From positions 32,001 through 96,000 of the IMG/VR virus record IMGVR_UViG_3300033463_000041: a DNA stretch of 64,000 nt. One strand, written 5' to 3'. Each line of letters opens with the position of its first letter. The first letter of the stretch is position 1. This DNA is from a virus. Lineage: Duplodnaviria; Caudoviricetes. A model generated the notes under the pieces. It ran no database searches. It saw only the letters and a list, made by a program, of their open reading frames with translations, and had not been told where the DNA came from. The translations under genes were made by a program, and so were the position numbers. Shown here in pieces: positions 1-11,200 of the stretch.

Positions 1-1635
1 CTTGTCGGCAAAGCCCTTATAGTAGAATGTCGTGTCTTCGCTGTCTCCGTATGTCATGCGGAAGCCGCGAATACAATTCTCCAGCTTCCCCTCAGAAATA
101 ATCTCGCACTCGATATTCTGTACATCATCGCTACGGAAGATGTTACGCAGTAGCACAATGCGGACGCGCTGATAGTTGTCGGTAAACAAGAAGCGCACGC
201 CAAAGCCACTCTCTATAGCCTTGATAACCTCGCTGATGTCCGCGTTTGGGAAACATTCGCTGGTGGCAATGGCATCGTGCAGGTAGCGGTTTTTTGCCAA
301 TGACTTATTACCGTTATATCCGTCGTAGTATGCCCTGACAGAATCGCTCATACCTGCTACCTCCTTCACTTTAACAATAATTCGGTCAATTTGAAGGTTT
401 TCTATTTTCCTGTCAATGGCTATAACATCTTCCGGTGCAACGTCATTATGGTCGTATGAAGGTGTTCCGACGGTGATTCCAGAACTTGTAAAACCACAGT
501 CTTCAGGCTTTGTGATTTTCTGCGGGCCATTGAACCTCTTGCCATCCTTTTCGCCGAAATATTCAGGAACCAAGTCACCGCCACTTCCGAACTGATACTT
601 CCCGAGCGACCAGTCGTATTTGTTCGGATTACGCAAATACTTCGGCTCTTTATAGGCACAGTTGGTGTTTACAAAGAACAGTCGGCGAAGGTCTTCAACG
701 TCCATCATCTGATTTTCGTCGATATGAATACCGAGGTGTTTCATCAGTGATTTGATCCAGTAGATGACGAAGAAATTAGGCGCAGAGTTTACGCGGTTGG
801 CAGGCATCACGTCATAGCCGCGTTGCGCTTCCGGCTCGCTTGCGTAATCGTTATAGGTGCTTCCGTCCTGGTTCTTTTTCAAGTAGCCGGACTTCTGATA
901 GCAGAGGGCAATATTGCAATACGGGTGTGCATCGTCGTATGGCGTGTCGGTGTTCAGACAGTTTATCTCTTCATCGTTGACACCTGTCTTCCAGTTGTCG
1001 AACTTTCCTTTCGGGAATACCATTCGCGGATATTGCTGAACAGAATTGCCGTCTTCTTCACCGTCAAACGAGAAGGGTGTCAGCTCTGGATCTTCATCGC
1101 CAATCTCTACGGCATGAACCGTATGCGTAACGACCGATGGGTACGATGTGCTGCCGTCAGAGAATACAGCAGAAGCCGTGAGCTTCAAATTGGTACATGC
1201 CCAACGTTTGCGCCACAATGCCACGCCAATTCTCACGTCGCTCATCATCGGCACCTGGTTTGCCTTGGCACCCTCTATCATCTCGTCGAAGGTCTTCTGG
1301 CCGCTCTCAAAGCCTACGTCCACATTGCCCTTTGCATCCACTTCCACCTCATCGTCCAGTTTCAGATAGCCATAGTAGAGAGCCACCTCCTCTACCCACA
1401 AACGCGCCCGGCGCTTGTTGATCTGCTCATGCAGACGACTCCCGTGCATGTCACCTGCCGTGCCGAAGATGTGGGCATTGGCACGGACGTTCAGCGTAAA
1501 CGAATGGCTCCACACGTCACCGCTGGCGAAGACTTCGCTGGTATCGGTAATCGTGATGCTGGCATCCTCTGGCAGCCAGGCAAATTTACTGCCCGTGCCT
1601 TCGAGGTCGAAGATTTCAAGTCTGAGATGTTCCAT
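1..1635 (-). CDS. Phage tail-associated protein (baseplate/hub-like), 3' end runs off the window; absent from the ORF track
   Basis: Open frame from ATG at 1635 (MEHLRLEIFDLEGTGSKFAWLPEDASITITDTSEVF...WSHSFTLNV) to base 1 with no stop. Preceded by the phage promoter motif at 1654-1689. N-terminus resembles Bacteroidales phage tail proteins. Confidence 0.75.
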   Translation of the reverse strand, partial: MEHLRLEIFDLEGTGSKFAWLPEDASITITDTSEVFASGDVWSHSFTLNVRANAHIFGTAGDMHGSRLHEQINKRRARLWVEEVALYYGYLKLDDEVEVDAKGNVDVGFESGQKTFDEMIEGAKANQVPMMSDVRIGVALWRKRWACTNLKLTASAVFSDGSTSYPSVVTHTVHAVEIGDEDPELTPFSFDGEEDGNSVQQYPRMVFPKGKFDNWKTGVNDEEINCLNTDTPYDDAHPYCNIALCYQKSGYLKKNQDGSTYNDYASEPEAQRGYDVMPANRVNSAPNFFVIYWIKSLMKHLGIHIDENQMMDVEDLRRLFFVNTNCAYKEPKYLRNPNKYDWSLGKYQFGSGGDLVPEYFGEKDGKRFNGPQKITKPEDCGFTSSGITVGTPSYDHNDVAPEDVIAIDRKIENLQIDRIIVKVKEVAGMSDSVRAYYDGYNGNKSLAKNRYLHDAIATSECFPNADISEVIKAIESGFGVRFLFTDNYQRVRIVLLRNIFRSDDVQNIECEIISEGKLENCIRGFRMTYGDSEDTTFYYKGFADK

Positions 1636-1653
1636 ATTTATATTTATTTTCCT

Positions 1654-1689
1654 CCAATATCGTCATTCCGCACACAAAAGTCAAGGGCA
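1654..1689 (-). promoter_or_regulatory. Phage-specific promoter motif (TGCCCTTGAC-N18-GATATTGG)
   Basis: One of 11 copies, each directly upstream of a gene start in the matching orientation. Confidence 0.75.
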
Positions 1690-1707
1690 AATAGCATCGG
1701 TTCAGGT

Positions 1708-1743
1708 TGCCCTTGACTTTATTTCTCCTATATAGTATATTGC
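1708..1743 (+). promoter_or_regulatory. Phage-specific promoter motif (TGCCCTTGAC-N18-TATATTGC)
   Basis: 15 nt upstream of ATG 1759; back-to-back with the copy at 1654-1689. Confidence 0.75.
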
Positions 1744-1758
1744 GGGAAAAAGAAAGAT

Positions 1759-4700
1759 ATGCCCCGCACCTCTGCCGTACACTACATAGCGCCCTCTGCC
1801 ATCAGCATTACGCCGAACGCCAACAGTTCGGCTAACGACCTTGCTGTCTTTGTGGCCCGTGGTGCGAAAATCAAGGTGTACAGTCAGGGTATTGTTGAAC
1901 TGGGCTGGGAAGACGGCACCTTCCAGGAATGGACGCTTCGCGGACGTAACCGACAGTTGACCGACAACACGAAGCCCTATACCATCTATGCCAGACTGCC
2001 GAAATCGAACAAGGCGAACGGCTATCTGGTGTTTGCACAGAAAGACCGTCGCGATGAAGGTTGGCAGGACAGGTACTGCTACGTGACACAAAACGGTCTG
2101 TCGCCGCAGTATATCAGCGGCAAAGGCGGTGCCAGCGTGAGGGACAACATGAACTGGTGGATCAAGTTGGGCGAGGTCAGCCTGCCTGAGAACAACCAGC
2201 GTACCGTTACGCTCGACACGGGTATTCTGGGCACCGACCAGTATAACAACGACTGGAACCTGAACCCTGACGAACTGCCGCTGCGCATCGAACTCGACTG
2301 TAGCATCGACAGCAAGGATGCGGGCAACCGCCCCTACGTGGAATGGGGACAGGAGCTGATTATGCGCGCCCGTCTGGTGGAAGGCTGGACCGACACTGAT
2401 GTGGCCCGCTTCGACCACTGGGAGATTCGCCGTAATACAGGCGACGATACCGATGATGCCCGCTGGAACGCACTTGACCGTTCGACAGGATTCGGTCGCA
2501 ACGGAAACATCACCCTGAGTCATGCCCGTGGTGCGGGCGACGATTTCAACGGAGCGGTATCAACCACCTTTACCATCATCGCAATGGGCACGACCGACGA
2601 AGGCGGTTCTTCTTCGTCGGATTCGTCGTCTTCATCATCTTCCTCTTCATCAAGCAGCAGCGACGGGCTTGTGCCTATTGCTGCCACCACCCTGAACGTC
2701 ATGACCGAGACGGTGGAGCAGTATGCGCTGGAGCTTTCTACCAGCGTCGCCTCATACGACCCGACCACAGACGTATATAGCCCCATCGACGGCATCAAGG
2801 TCTGCATCCGTGCCACCGACCAAAAGGGCAACGTGTTCAAGCTGACACGCGGACAGATGGAAAGTGCCGCACTGGCCGTGCAGTATGCACTGGCCGACAG
2901 CGAGGCATGGACTACGATGGAGTTCAATGGTGCCGCCACCGAACTGGCTGAGTCTGTGCTTGACATCCGCGTGTTCTACGCCCATCAGAATGTCAACATG
3001 CGCATCGTGAAGGTGGTACCAAACAGCGATTCCGACAGTTCGACAAGCAGCAGCTCCGACAGCAATCCAAGATTGGTGGAACTCTACCGCACACCCATCG
3101 CCTTTGTCCGCAATGGTGAGGATAGCCGTGAGCGAGAATGGATCTACCTGCGCTCTGAAGGCCCGCTGACATTCGGCGAAGACCCCGAGGGCAACCTGCT
3201 GCCCGCTCTGATAAGTGGTGGTGAGGTGGAACCGGCTGGTGCAGCCACCGGTCTTGACACCAACAAGCAGCAGGACGGCTGGGTGCCAAATGGCTGGTGG
3301 GACGAGATGCAGGGCACCGACGATACTTACCATTACGAGTACGGAGCCTACCGCGACTGGATACGCAACGAGGCTTCCAGCAGCTCTTCATCGAGCGAAA
3401 GCAGTACGTCGGACGACGAGCGTTCTGGCGGTCATTGGGGCGAGTTCACCACACCGCGCATCTGGAGCTACTATGCCGAGGACGCCGTCATCTACCGCTG
3501 CCGATGGACGCTCAACGGCGTAGAGGTGTTCCAACTGAAGGCCGCCTATAGCGGAGCCTTCCGTGGCACGCTGCCGTTGGTGGCCACACTGATGAAGCGT
3601 GTGGGAAACAACCCTGAGCAACAGGTAACGGCTACCTCTTCCATCGTCACCGTCAACTTCGACGGACTATCTGCCGAGTCGCAGCCGTCACCCTATAACG
3701 TCACCAATCCGCAGTTCACCATAGGCAGCGGTGAAGGACAGCATCCTGAGTTCGTGCCGTTCCTGAGCAATGTCGCCCTGAGCGCCATCAACATCACCTT
3801 CAACGTCGGAGGCGAACCACATGTGTTCAGCATCCCCGTCATCCGCGAGGCCGACGAAGACTCGGTGAAGGACACCATCGACCAGTACGGCTCGACGCTG
3901 TTCCTCTCGAAGCTCCACGATGACATTGCTGCCGGAAAGATAACCTTCCAGGATATCGCCATGTTCCTGCAGGGCTTGAAGATTGGCGGTGCCAGCAGCC
4001 TTTACGGCATTACTGGCAGCGGCAATGCCTCCTTTGCGCAGATTGTCTTTGATACAATCCTGAAATCGTTCGGTGCCAACCCGAGCTTCATCGGCGGCAA
4101 CGGCATCCACATGGATGCGTCCACCGGCCATATCGCCACCGACTCGCTCGATGTGCGCGGCTGGATGCGCATCATGGAGCTGATCATTAACCGCCTGCAG
4201 CTCATGGAAAGCGACTACTCGTTTACCGAGGGCGCAACCACCGAGCACTTCGACATAGGCCCCAACGGCAACCACATGACCGTCACCGTGCATAAGGAGC
4301 ACGACAATGACTACCTGCCGTTCTATCCTGGCGACATCCTGTATGCCAAGATCAACGACCTGCTGCCTGCAGGACAGGTGCCAGACGGTCATACCGCCAC
4401 AGAACACGGCTCGTACTACACCGTGTGGGTTCGCGTGCTGAGCACCAACATGAACGACAATACAATGGTCCTCGTGCCTTACCTCGGACGTAATGCCGAA
4501 GGGCCGATAGTGCCGGGTGCCGTGAACTTTACGCCGCAGGGAATGGGAATCAGCGGGGCTGGCGCACCGGCAGGCAGCGATTTCTACACCTCCTACAACG
4601 AGGCGCTGCAAGCCGAGTATGCACTATACCCGGAAGGCTATGACAAGGCCATCACATTTACACGACACGGCAACGTGGCCGACGGCATCGACCCCGCAAC

Positions 4701-5718
4701 GGGGCTGCCCTCTGCCAGCATACTGTCTTCGCAGAAAAACCGCCAGCAGGCATGGGTACTGTCTACCACCGACAAGCGTCTGACATTCTTCTGGAATGTT
4801 GACAAGCCAATCGTAGATGAAGACAACTACGCCCTGTGTCTGGGCATACTGCCACAGCTCAGCTGCCTGCCTTACGACTCGAACGGAAATCCCGTATGGA
4901 ACGTAGACATGCCGTCGTTGTTCGTCAACACCGTCTTCTACAGTCACATGCACCGCATCAACTGGCCTGCCAAGGTTGTTAAGGAAGACCGTGGGCAATG
5001 GACGGCTACGCCAAAGGCAACCTATACTGGCGTGACGGGAACGCGGACACCCGACGGAACGCTTGACAGTGCCATAGCTACAGCACTCGGATGGACGGGC
5101 ACGTCGCCACTCTCGTTTACGGAGGGTCAGGAGATTGACGAACCCTATCACTTCAAGGCCATCACCCGCAACCGCTGGATCAGCATGCGCCTGTCTGCCG
5201 CCCATAACAGCCTCTCAGACGCCAACCTTTATAAGAAGATGACGAAGGAGTGGACTGAGGAAAACGACCTGGAGACCAGCCGCGTGTGGAATGGTGGGAA
5301 ATTGTGGGAAGCACTTGTAGACTGTCCATCCCAGCAGCCTTCATATAACAGTTCACAGTGGCAATATATTTCCGGGACTGGAATATGGGATATGCAGTTC
5401 TGTGATGCCAACGGTTATCCGTACACCAATGTCATTCCGGCCTGTCCTGGCTATGTGAACCTGACAATATTGCCAAAGGTGATGTGGGGCGATGACGATA
5501 TGAGTTCAGAAGTGACATCGTGGGCCTGGCATAAATATTTCGCTAACGGCGCGGAAGATACGGGATGGGGTGCTCTTCATGCCACCAGACAGATAACAAT
5601 CACCGATGCGGATATGCCTGCTGCATGGAGCCGTCAGAACCCCGTTATCTTTGAGTGTGTGGCAACGTTAAATGGCGTTGATATTCAGATAGTAAAGACT
5701 GTTGGATTTGGAACGTAA
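1759..5718 (+). CDS. Large phage tail protein (1319 aa) with three poly-Ser linkers
   Basis: FLSKLHDDIAAGKITF and IATDSLDVRGWMRIMELIINR segments typical of Bacteroidales phage tail/fibre proteins; first gene of a tightly packed operon. Confidence 0.7.
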   Translation: MPRTSAVHYIAPSAISITPNANSSANDLAVFVARGAKIKVYSQGIVELGWEDGTFQEWTLRGRNRQLTDNTKPYTIYARLPKSNKANGYLVFAQKDRRDEGWQDRYCYVTQNGLSPQYISGKGGASVRDNMNWWIKLGEVSLPENNQRTVTLDTGILGTDQYNNDWNLNPDELPLRIELDCSIDSKDAGNRPYVEWGQELIMRARLVEGWTDTDVARFDHWEIRRNTGDDTDDARWNALDRSTGFGRNGNITLSHARGAGDDFNGAVSTTFTIIAMGTTDEGGSSSSDSSSSSSSSSSSSSDGLVPIAATTLNVMTETVEQYALELSTSVASYDPTTDVYSPIDGIKVCIRATDQKGNVFKLTRGQMESAALAVQYALADSEAWTTMEFNGAATELAESVLDIRVFYAHQNVNMRIVKVVPNSDSDSSTSSSSDSNPRLVELYRTPIAFVRNGEDSREREWIYLRSEGPLTFGEDPEGNLLPALISGGEVEPAGAATGLDTNKQQDGWVPNGWWDEMQGTDDTYHYEYGAYRDWIRNEASSSSSSSESSTSDDERSGGHWGEFTTPRIWSYYAEDAVIYRCRWTLNGVEVFQLKAAYSGAFRGTLPLVATLMKRVGNNPEQQVTATSSIVTVNFDGLSAESQPSPYNVTNPQFTIGSGEGQHPEFVPFLSNVALSAINITFNVGGEPHVFSIPVIREADEDSVKDTIDQYGSTLFLSKLHDDIAAGKITFQDIAMFLQGLKIGGASSLYGITGSGNASFAQIVFDTILKSFGANPSFIGGNGIHMDASTGHIATDSLDVRGWMRIMELIINRLQLMESDYSFTEGATTEHFDIGPNGNHMTVTVHKEHDNDYLPFYPGDILYAKINDLLPAGQVPDGHTATEHGSYYTVWVRVLSTNMNDNTMVLVPYLGRNAEGPIVPGAVNFTPQGMGISGAGAPAGSDFYTSYNEALQAEYALYPEGYDKAITFTRHGNVADGIDPATGLPSASILSSQKNRQQAWVLSTTDKRLTFFWNVDKPIVDEDNYALCLGILPQLSCLPYDSNGNPVWNVDMPSLFVNTVFYSHMHRINWPAKVVKEDRGQWTATPKATYTGVTGTRTPDGTLDSAIATALGWTGTSPLSFTEGQEIDEPYHFKAITRNRWISMRLSAAHNSLSDANLYKKMTKEWTEENDLETSRVWNGGKLWEALVDCPSQQPSYNSSQWQYISGTGIWDMQFCDANGYPYTNVIPACPGYVNLTILPKVMWGDDDMSSEVTSWAWHKYFANGAEDTGWGALHATRQITITDADMPAAWSRQNPVIFECVATLNGVDIQIVKTVGFGT

Positions 5719-5730
5719 ACAGAAATAAAT

Positions 5731-6885
5731 ATGAAAAGAATAAATGCAAGCCAGATGAACGTCGATTCCCTCTACTCTCCGTTGAGCGAGATGGTAGAGA
5801 TGGTATGCGTTGGTGGCCGTTCGCTTGAGCAATGGTACTATGTGACTGCAGGATTGTGGTCGCCGAATCGCCGCACGGTTCCTCTGACGCTGCGCCCGAC
5901 GGTAAACGTGACCGACCCGGACACAGGACGTGCATACACGCCGACGTTGACAGGTTCCCTATGGTACTACCGTACACATGGTGCAAGCAGTTGGACACAG
6001 ATAACAAACACGACTGAGAGTGCCGATGCACCATTCACGAAGAAATCAAATCACGATCTGGTTGTACGTGCCAATTTTACTGCTGAGATACGCTGCGACC
6101 TTGTGTATGCAGACCCTCGCAACGGGCTCTCCGTAAACACTACCGTTTATGCTACAATCATCACCAACGAGGATTCTGACTCTGTTTACAACGTGCATAT
6201 CACGACAGATGCAGAAGGCTATGAGTTTTCTCCGCTGACAGAGGACAGTTCTTTGAAGACGCTTCATGCCCATGCGACGCTTGGTGAAAGCAACGTAAGT
6301 TCACAGGTCATTTTCCAGTGGTACACTTTGCAGAACGGTCAGGAAACCCTGATCGGCACAGATGACCCTGCATACGTTTCAGGTCAGGGTACGGCGACGC
6401 TCACTATCAATGCACTGTTCGCAGAGAAGTTCCCGATCATACTACGAATAAAGCGGAACAGCAATGCTGACTTAGAGCCTTGCCGCGACCAGATCGCAAT
6501 AGTATGGCGCATACCGAATATGACAGGTGAGGTGTATTCTCCGCAGGGAGCAGCCGTAAAGCCAGATACAGGTGGGCAGATGGAATTTCTGCCCATCTAC
6601 CATACGTCGCAGGGAACGCTGCCAGACCAGAAGGTGCGCGAGAACCTGCGCATCAAGTGGAGCCGACGTAACTCGGCAGGAGCATTCAGTAGCGTTGGCT
6701 GGGGATTTAACAATCTTCAACAGGTGAACGATTTGAGGACAAACGGACAGACATCAACGCTAATGCAGGCCGAAGCCTACTTGCGCGGACCGTACAGACA
6801 GGTTGTGTCTGGTAACAAGGGCGTCACCATCACCATCGACGGAACCACCTATAATGTTGTGGAGCGTGAGATAGAAGACGAATAA
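5731..6885 (+). CDS. Putative virion structural protein, beta-rich/Ig-like
   Basis: 384-aa ORF in the tail operon; Thr/Val-rich; WSPNRRTVPLTLRPTV motif. Confidence 0.6.
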   Translation: MKRINASQMNVDSLYSPLSEMVEMVCVGGRSLEQWYYVTAGLWSPNRRTVPLTLRPTVNVTDPDTGRAYTPTLTGSLWYYRTHGASSWTQITNTTESADAPFTKKSNHDLVVRANFTAEIRCDLVYADPRNGLSVNTTVYATIITNEDSDSVYNVHITTDAEGYEFSPLTEDSSLKTLHAHATLGESNVSSQVIFQWYTLQNGQETLIGTDDPAYVSGQGTATLTINALFAEKFPIILRIKRNSNADLEPCRDQIAIVWRIPNMTGEVYSPQGAAVKPDTGGQMEFLPIYHTSQGTLPDQKVRENLRIKWSRRNSAGAFSSVGWGFNNLQQVNDLRTNGQTSTLMQAEAYLRGPYRQVVSGNKGVTITIDGTTYNVVEREIEDE

Positions 6886-6905
6886 ACGATAAGGAGATAT
6901 AAGAT

Positions 6906-7157
6906 ATGATAGACGATACCATCTACCTGGCCACCGCTAATGTGGCACAACGCGCAGGAGTCTATGAGACAGCCTACCAAGTAAAGGACGGTCGCTTTGT
7001 GGTTGACCGTAATGACATACGCCGCATACGATTGACGGGCGACGAATATCTGACAGGAATACAGGGTATTGAGAAAATCAGTCAGCAGCAGGCAGAGGTG
7101 CTGATTAGTGAAAACCACTACCGTCGCGCCGGCGACCCAAACGATAAAGAGGAGTAA
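6906..7157 (+). CDS. Small hypothetical protein in the tail operon
   Basis: 83-aa ORF with tight spacing to its neighbours. Confidence 0.6.
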   Translation: MIDDTIYLATANVAQRAGVYETAYQVKDGRFVVDRNDIRRIRLTGDEYLTGIQGIEKISQQQAEVLISENHYRRAGDPNDKEE

Positions 7158-7162
7158 CGACT

Positions 7163-8260
7163 ATGGGAGTAATATCAAGCCAATTCATTGTGACAGCCCT
7201 GGAAGACGGCTCGACCATCCACGGCTCGTTGAGCAGCGACAAGACGCTGACGCAAATTGTAGGCACCTCCGTTCAGCCAGATTGGACGCAGGCTGCAAAC
7301 CAGCCAACCATCACCCTGCGTGTGATGAAGGGTGCATCGTATCTGACCGCCCAGCAGTACAAATGGTATATCAACGGCACGGAAATCACCGACAGTGATA
7401 GTCGGTTCCAGAAAGGGACTACGACAGTCAACGGCATCGTATGCCCTACGTTGAAAATCGTCCAAAACCTTGGAGGCCCAGGCAATCAGGACCTTGACAT
7501 AATCACTATCGCCGGAAAAGTGGAGTCGAACGGTGCAATGATAGACTTCTCCGCTGGTATTGAAGTGAAGATATCGCGTTCTACCGGTTCGGGATACGTG
7601 CCTTCATTGGGCTTTGTAAACGGCAAATCGTGGATTGACACGTCTGGTGAGCGCATCTGCATATATGGCATGCTGGCCACTGAGGAGGGAGCGGTAAGCG
7701 GATATACCTGCCGTTGGTACAAAAACTACGACACGGAGATTACTGCAACAAGCGGCACAGGTTCTTATGTAAGCACCGTTACCATCGGCGGTGTGACCTA
7801 TCCATGTCTTTATCTGGCAGAAGGAGACGTCGATGACTTTACCGTGTTGAGATGCGAATACTATATCAGCGGTACATTGGTAGCACAGGAGACCGCAAAT
7901 ATTGATGACGAACAGGATCCTGACCGCATGTATATCACCTATGGTGCCAACAGTGCAGCCTATGAGGGTACGCCTGCGTCGCTGAAAAGCGGCAGCGTGA
8001 CGTTCAATATATGGGTGGCAGGCAACGACGATCCTGCTAATGCAGCAATCATGGCAAAGTACACCAGCTATAAGGTCATGCTTCTTGACAGTCAGGGGAA
8101 CGTCATCACTGGCTCTGTTTCCGGATTTGATGCAGCCGACGCACAGGGCTACCGCACTCTTCCGGTCAGCAGTAACAAGACGTCGGCCACCATCAGTTAT
8201 GAACAGGTGGTATCTTACGGAGGAAAGATAACAGGTATCGTTAAGGCTTCGACCACATAA
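7163..8260 (+). CDS. Putative tail structural protein with Ig-like domains
   Basis: YKWYINGTEI and YTCRWYKN Ig-like strands; operon position. Confidence 0.6.
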   Translation: MGVISSQFIVTALEDGSTIHGSLSSDKTLTQIVGTSVQPDWTQAANQPTITLRVMKGASYLTAQQYKWYINGTEITDSDSRFQKGTTTVNGIVCPTLKIVQNLGGPGNQDLDIITIAGKVESNGAMIDFSAGIEVKISRSTGSGYVPSLGFVNGKSWIDTSGERICIYGMLATEEGAVSGYTCRWYKNYDTEITATSGTGSYVSTVTIGGVTYPCLYLAEGDVDDFTVLRCEYYISGTLVAQETANIDDEQDPDRMYITYGANSAAYEGTPASLKSGSVTFNIWVAGNDDPANAAIMAKYTSYKVMLLDSQGNVITGSVSGFDAADAQGYRTLPVSSNKTSATISYEQVVSYGGKITGIVKASTT

Positions 8261-8271
8261 GAAATAAAAAT

Positions 8272-11200
8272 ATGGCAGGAAAGACCATAACATCACAGTT
8301 TAGCGTCACCAGTGTAAAAGACGGTAATCCTGGCACTCCTGGAAAGGACGGCAACGGCATCGTAAGCACGGTCCGTACATACGCCATCAGCGCCAATAGT
8401 ACGAGTGCAAACGACACCGTAGCCCCGAGCGACATTAGCTCGTGGGCGGCTGTAAGCCCTGCAGTGACAGAAGCTAAGCCATACCTTTGGGCAAGGGAAG
8501 TGGTGACTTACACAAAATCAGACCCGACGGTCAAATACTACTGCATCGGTGCGCGAGGTGCCAACGGTGTTGATGCGCAGGATATCGAGTGGGTGTATGT
8601 GCTCACGACGGATAATGTTGCGCCTGTCATTGTCGCTGAATCAGGCAACGACTATCTTTCTGACGATTACCTGCCGCTTGCAAAAGTAACAAGCGGGAGA
8701 ATCAAGGGAGGTTCTGAAGGAAACGCAAACACAAATGTAAGATGCACAGACGATCCGCAGGGTGTTGACTCGACTTGGAAATACGAGTGGGAAATCAAAC
8801 GTGAGAAGGGCCCTGCCACCAACGGTCATCGCGCATGGGTAGCCTACAGCGGTACGCTAACGCTGCACAATCAATACGTGACAAGTCCATATTTTGCAGA
8901 CATTGACAACGAAATGGTCAGCGTGGCGTGCAGTTATGAGGGTAAGACTACGGCAGCCTTCGATAAAACCATCGGTGTGAAGATGTGGCATGGCTCAGAT
9001 GAACAGACGCTGACGAAGCTCGTTGCTACGTTTGGCGGTACGTCGGCATCGGCAACCGGATCGACAAACTCCGCATCGGCTACTTCTGGAAACATAAAGA
9101 TAACCGTCAATAAGTCTTCTAAAACTATCCGCATTGAGATAAGCAATGCCAAGGAAATCGCACAGGTGACGGACATCACCATCACCATAGCCTGCGAGAA
9201 CAGCGGCGACCAGACACTACACCTCTACGTCAACGGCGTGCGCCCTGGCAACCCTGGAGAAAAAGCTGTCATATACGACCTTGTCCCTTCGGCATCGTCT
9301 GTAAAGCGCAATAAGAACAATACGCTCACGCCATCATCGCTGACTTGTGACGTACAGAAGAATGCCGGTTCTGCATCTTCGCGTGCAGCCAGCACAGACG
9401 GAACACTCTATTACCGAAAGAATGGTGATATCGCCTCGACCTCAGACGGTACGTCGCTGGCTATCAATAGCGGAAGCATAAGCATTGAAGCGTCCGACAC
9501 CTATGTTACCTTTGCTTTCTTTGATGCCAGCGGTACACTCCGTGACAAGGAGCGCGTAATCGTAGTCTATGACGGAACTGACGGAATAAATGCGCCATAC
9601 GATGTAATAACCTATGCAAGAAGCAAAAGCCGTTCAAGCTACTCTGGTAGCAATATCGACACATCTGTTGGTACAAACGGTTGGGCAAGTACGGCTCCGT
9701 CCACAACGTCAACATATCCATATATCTGGGAGAAGATTGAACATTACACATGGAGCGGAGGGACAGCTACGCTCAGTTCGACCAGCTATGTTTGCCTGAC
9801 AGGAGAAAAAGGGCCAGACGGAAAGTCACTCTATGGACTTTCGAGTTCGGCATCGCTTATTACACTGTCAAAAAACTATGCTGGCGTGATCTCCGCATCG
9901 CTTTTGTCATACACTATTTCATTACAATACGACGGAAATTCGATTACTTCTATTCCGTCCGGATATAGCTTATGGCAGAGAAAGGATGGCGGATCATGGA
10001 CTTCTGCAACGCTTGGATCTAAGACAACACTTGCATCAGACAATTTTAACGATGGAGCTGTCGGTGTGATACAATATGCCTTCTGTGTGGGAACAAGTTA
10101 TGTTGCCGGAAATGTCCTATCTTCTGCATCAGTCAGCGTTCGTTGGGAAATTCAACGCATGCTTATTCCACAAGGGAAATGGGACGAAGCGACAAACTAT
10201 CAGTTTGCACGTACAGACACAACTACTCCTCTTGTATTTTTGGATGGTAACAACGGTGGTACGTATTGGTACCTTATTGCGGATAACAACAATGCCGGTA
10301 CGTCTTCTTCACCTTCATGGGTTGCTCCAGGTACGAATGGGAGTATATGGGCGCAGGCTACCAACTACGAGGTCATACTTACAAAGATGATTTTCGCGGA
10401 GATGGCACGGCTTGGCTCATACGTTGTTTATGATCGTTTCTTCTTCTCTCAGTACGGCACGTTGATTTACAAAGGTGCCAGCGGGAATACTTTAGAAACA
10501 ACTGTCAAAGCATCAAACGTTAGTAGTAACTTCAACGGCATAACGCCAATAGTACTGAACGGTAATGAAACAAACGACATCATTGTTTGTAAGGTTGCTT
10601 TCTATGCTACGGCCAATGCTCAGATAAAGATTACCTTGACGCCAAGTAGTGAACTGAACTATGATTTCGGAGCAATAGGTGTATTGGGTACAGAATCCTC
10701 ACCGGGATACTCTAAATGGCTTGAATCGGCAAACGAATCGACTATTAAAAATACTGCGGTCGGTACTTATATGCTGAAAAAGGCAAGCGGAACAACACCT
10801 GTTGACACTACCATAACCATACCGTCTGCAGGCGAATATTATATCGAGATTGCCTATGCTTGTGATGTCGATGTCGACAACGATGATACTGCAACCTTTG
10901 TCTTTGAGCGCAAGTCTGGTACTGTAACATGGCGTTCGGTAACAAAGGTGGCTGGAAGCCAGTGGATGACCTTTGATGGTAAGGCCGGAAACCTTGTGCC
11001 ATACGCATGGTTTGATCCTTCAGATCCAATGGCAGAGAATGTTCCTGCCACTGGCTATAAGTTCCGCCCAGCGAAGTGCATCAACGCACTTGCTGGAGAG
11101 GAATGGATGGCAGGAGGCAATGTACATGTTAGCCAGGCTGGTGATATAACAATGCAAAATGCGGTAATTGAGGGATCGCTAATGTATCATAAGACTTATG

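Noticed and set aside
823-1716. 297-aa + strand ORF
   Set aside because: Shadow of the real minus-strand gene 1635 to <1; it starts at TTG and crosses the promoter pair
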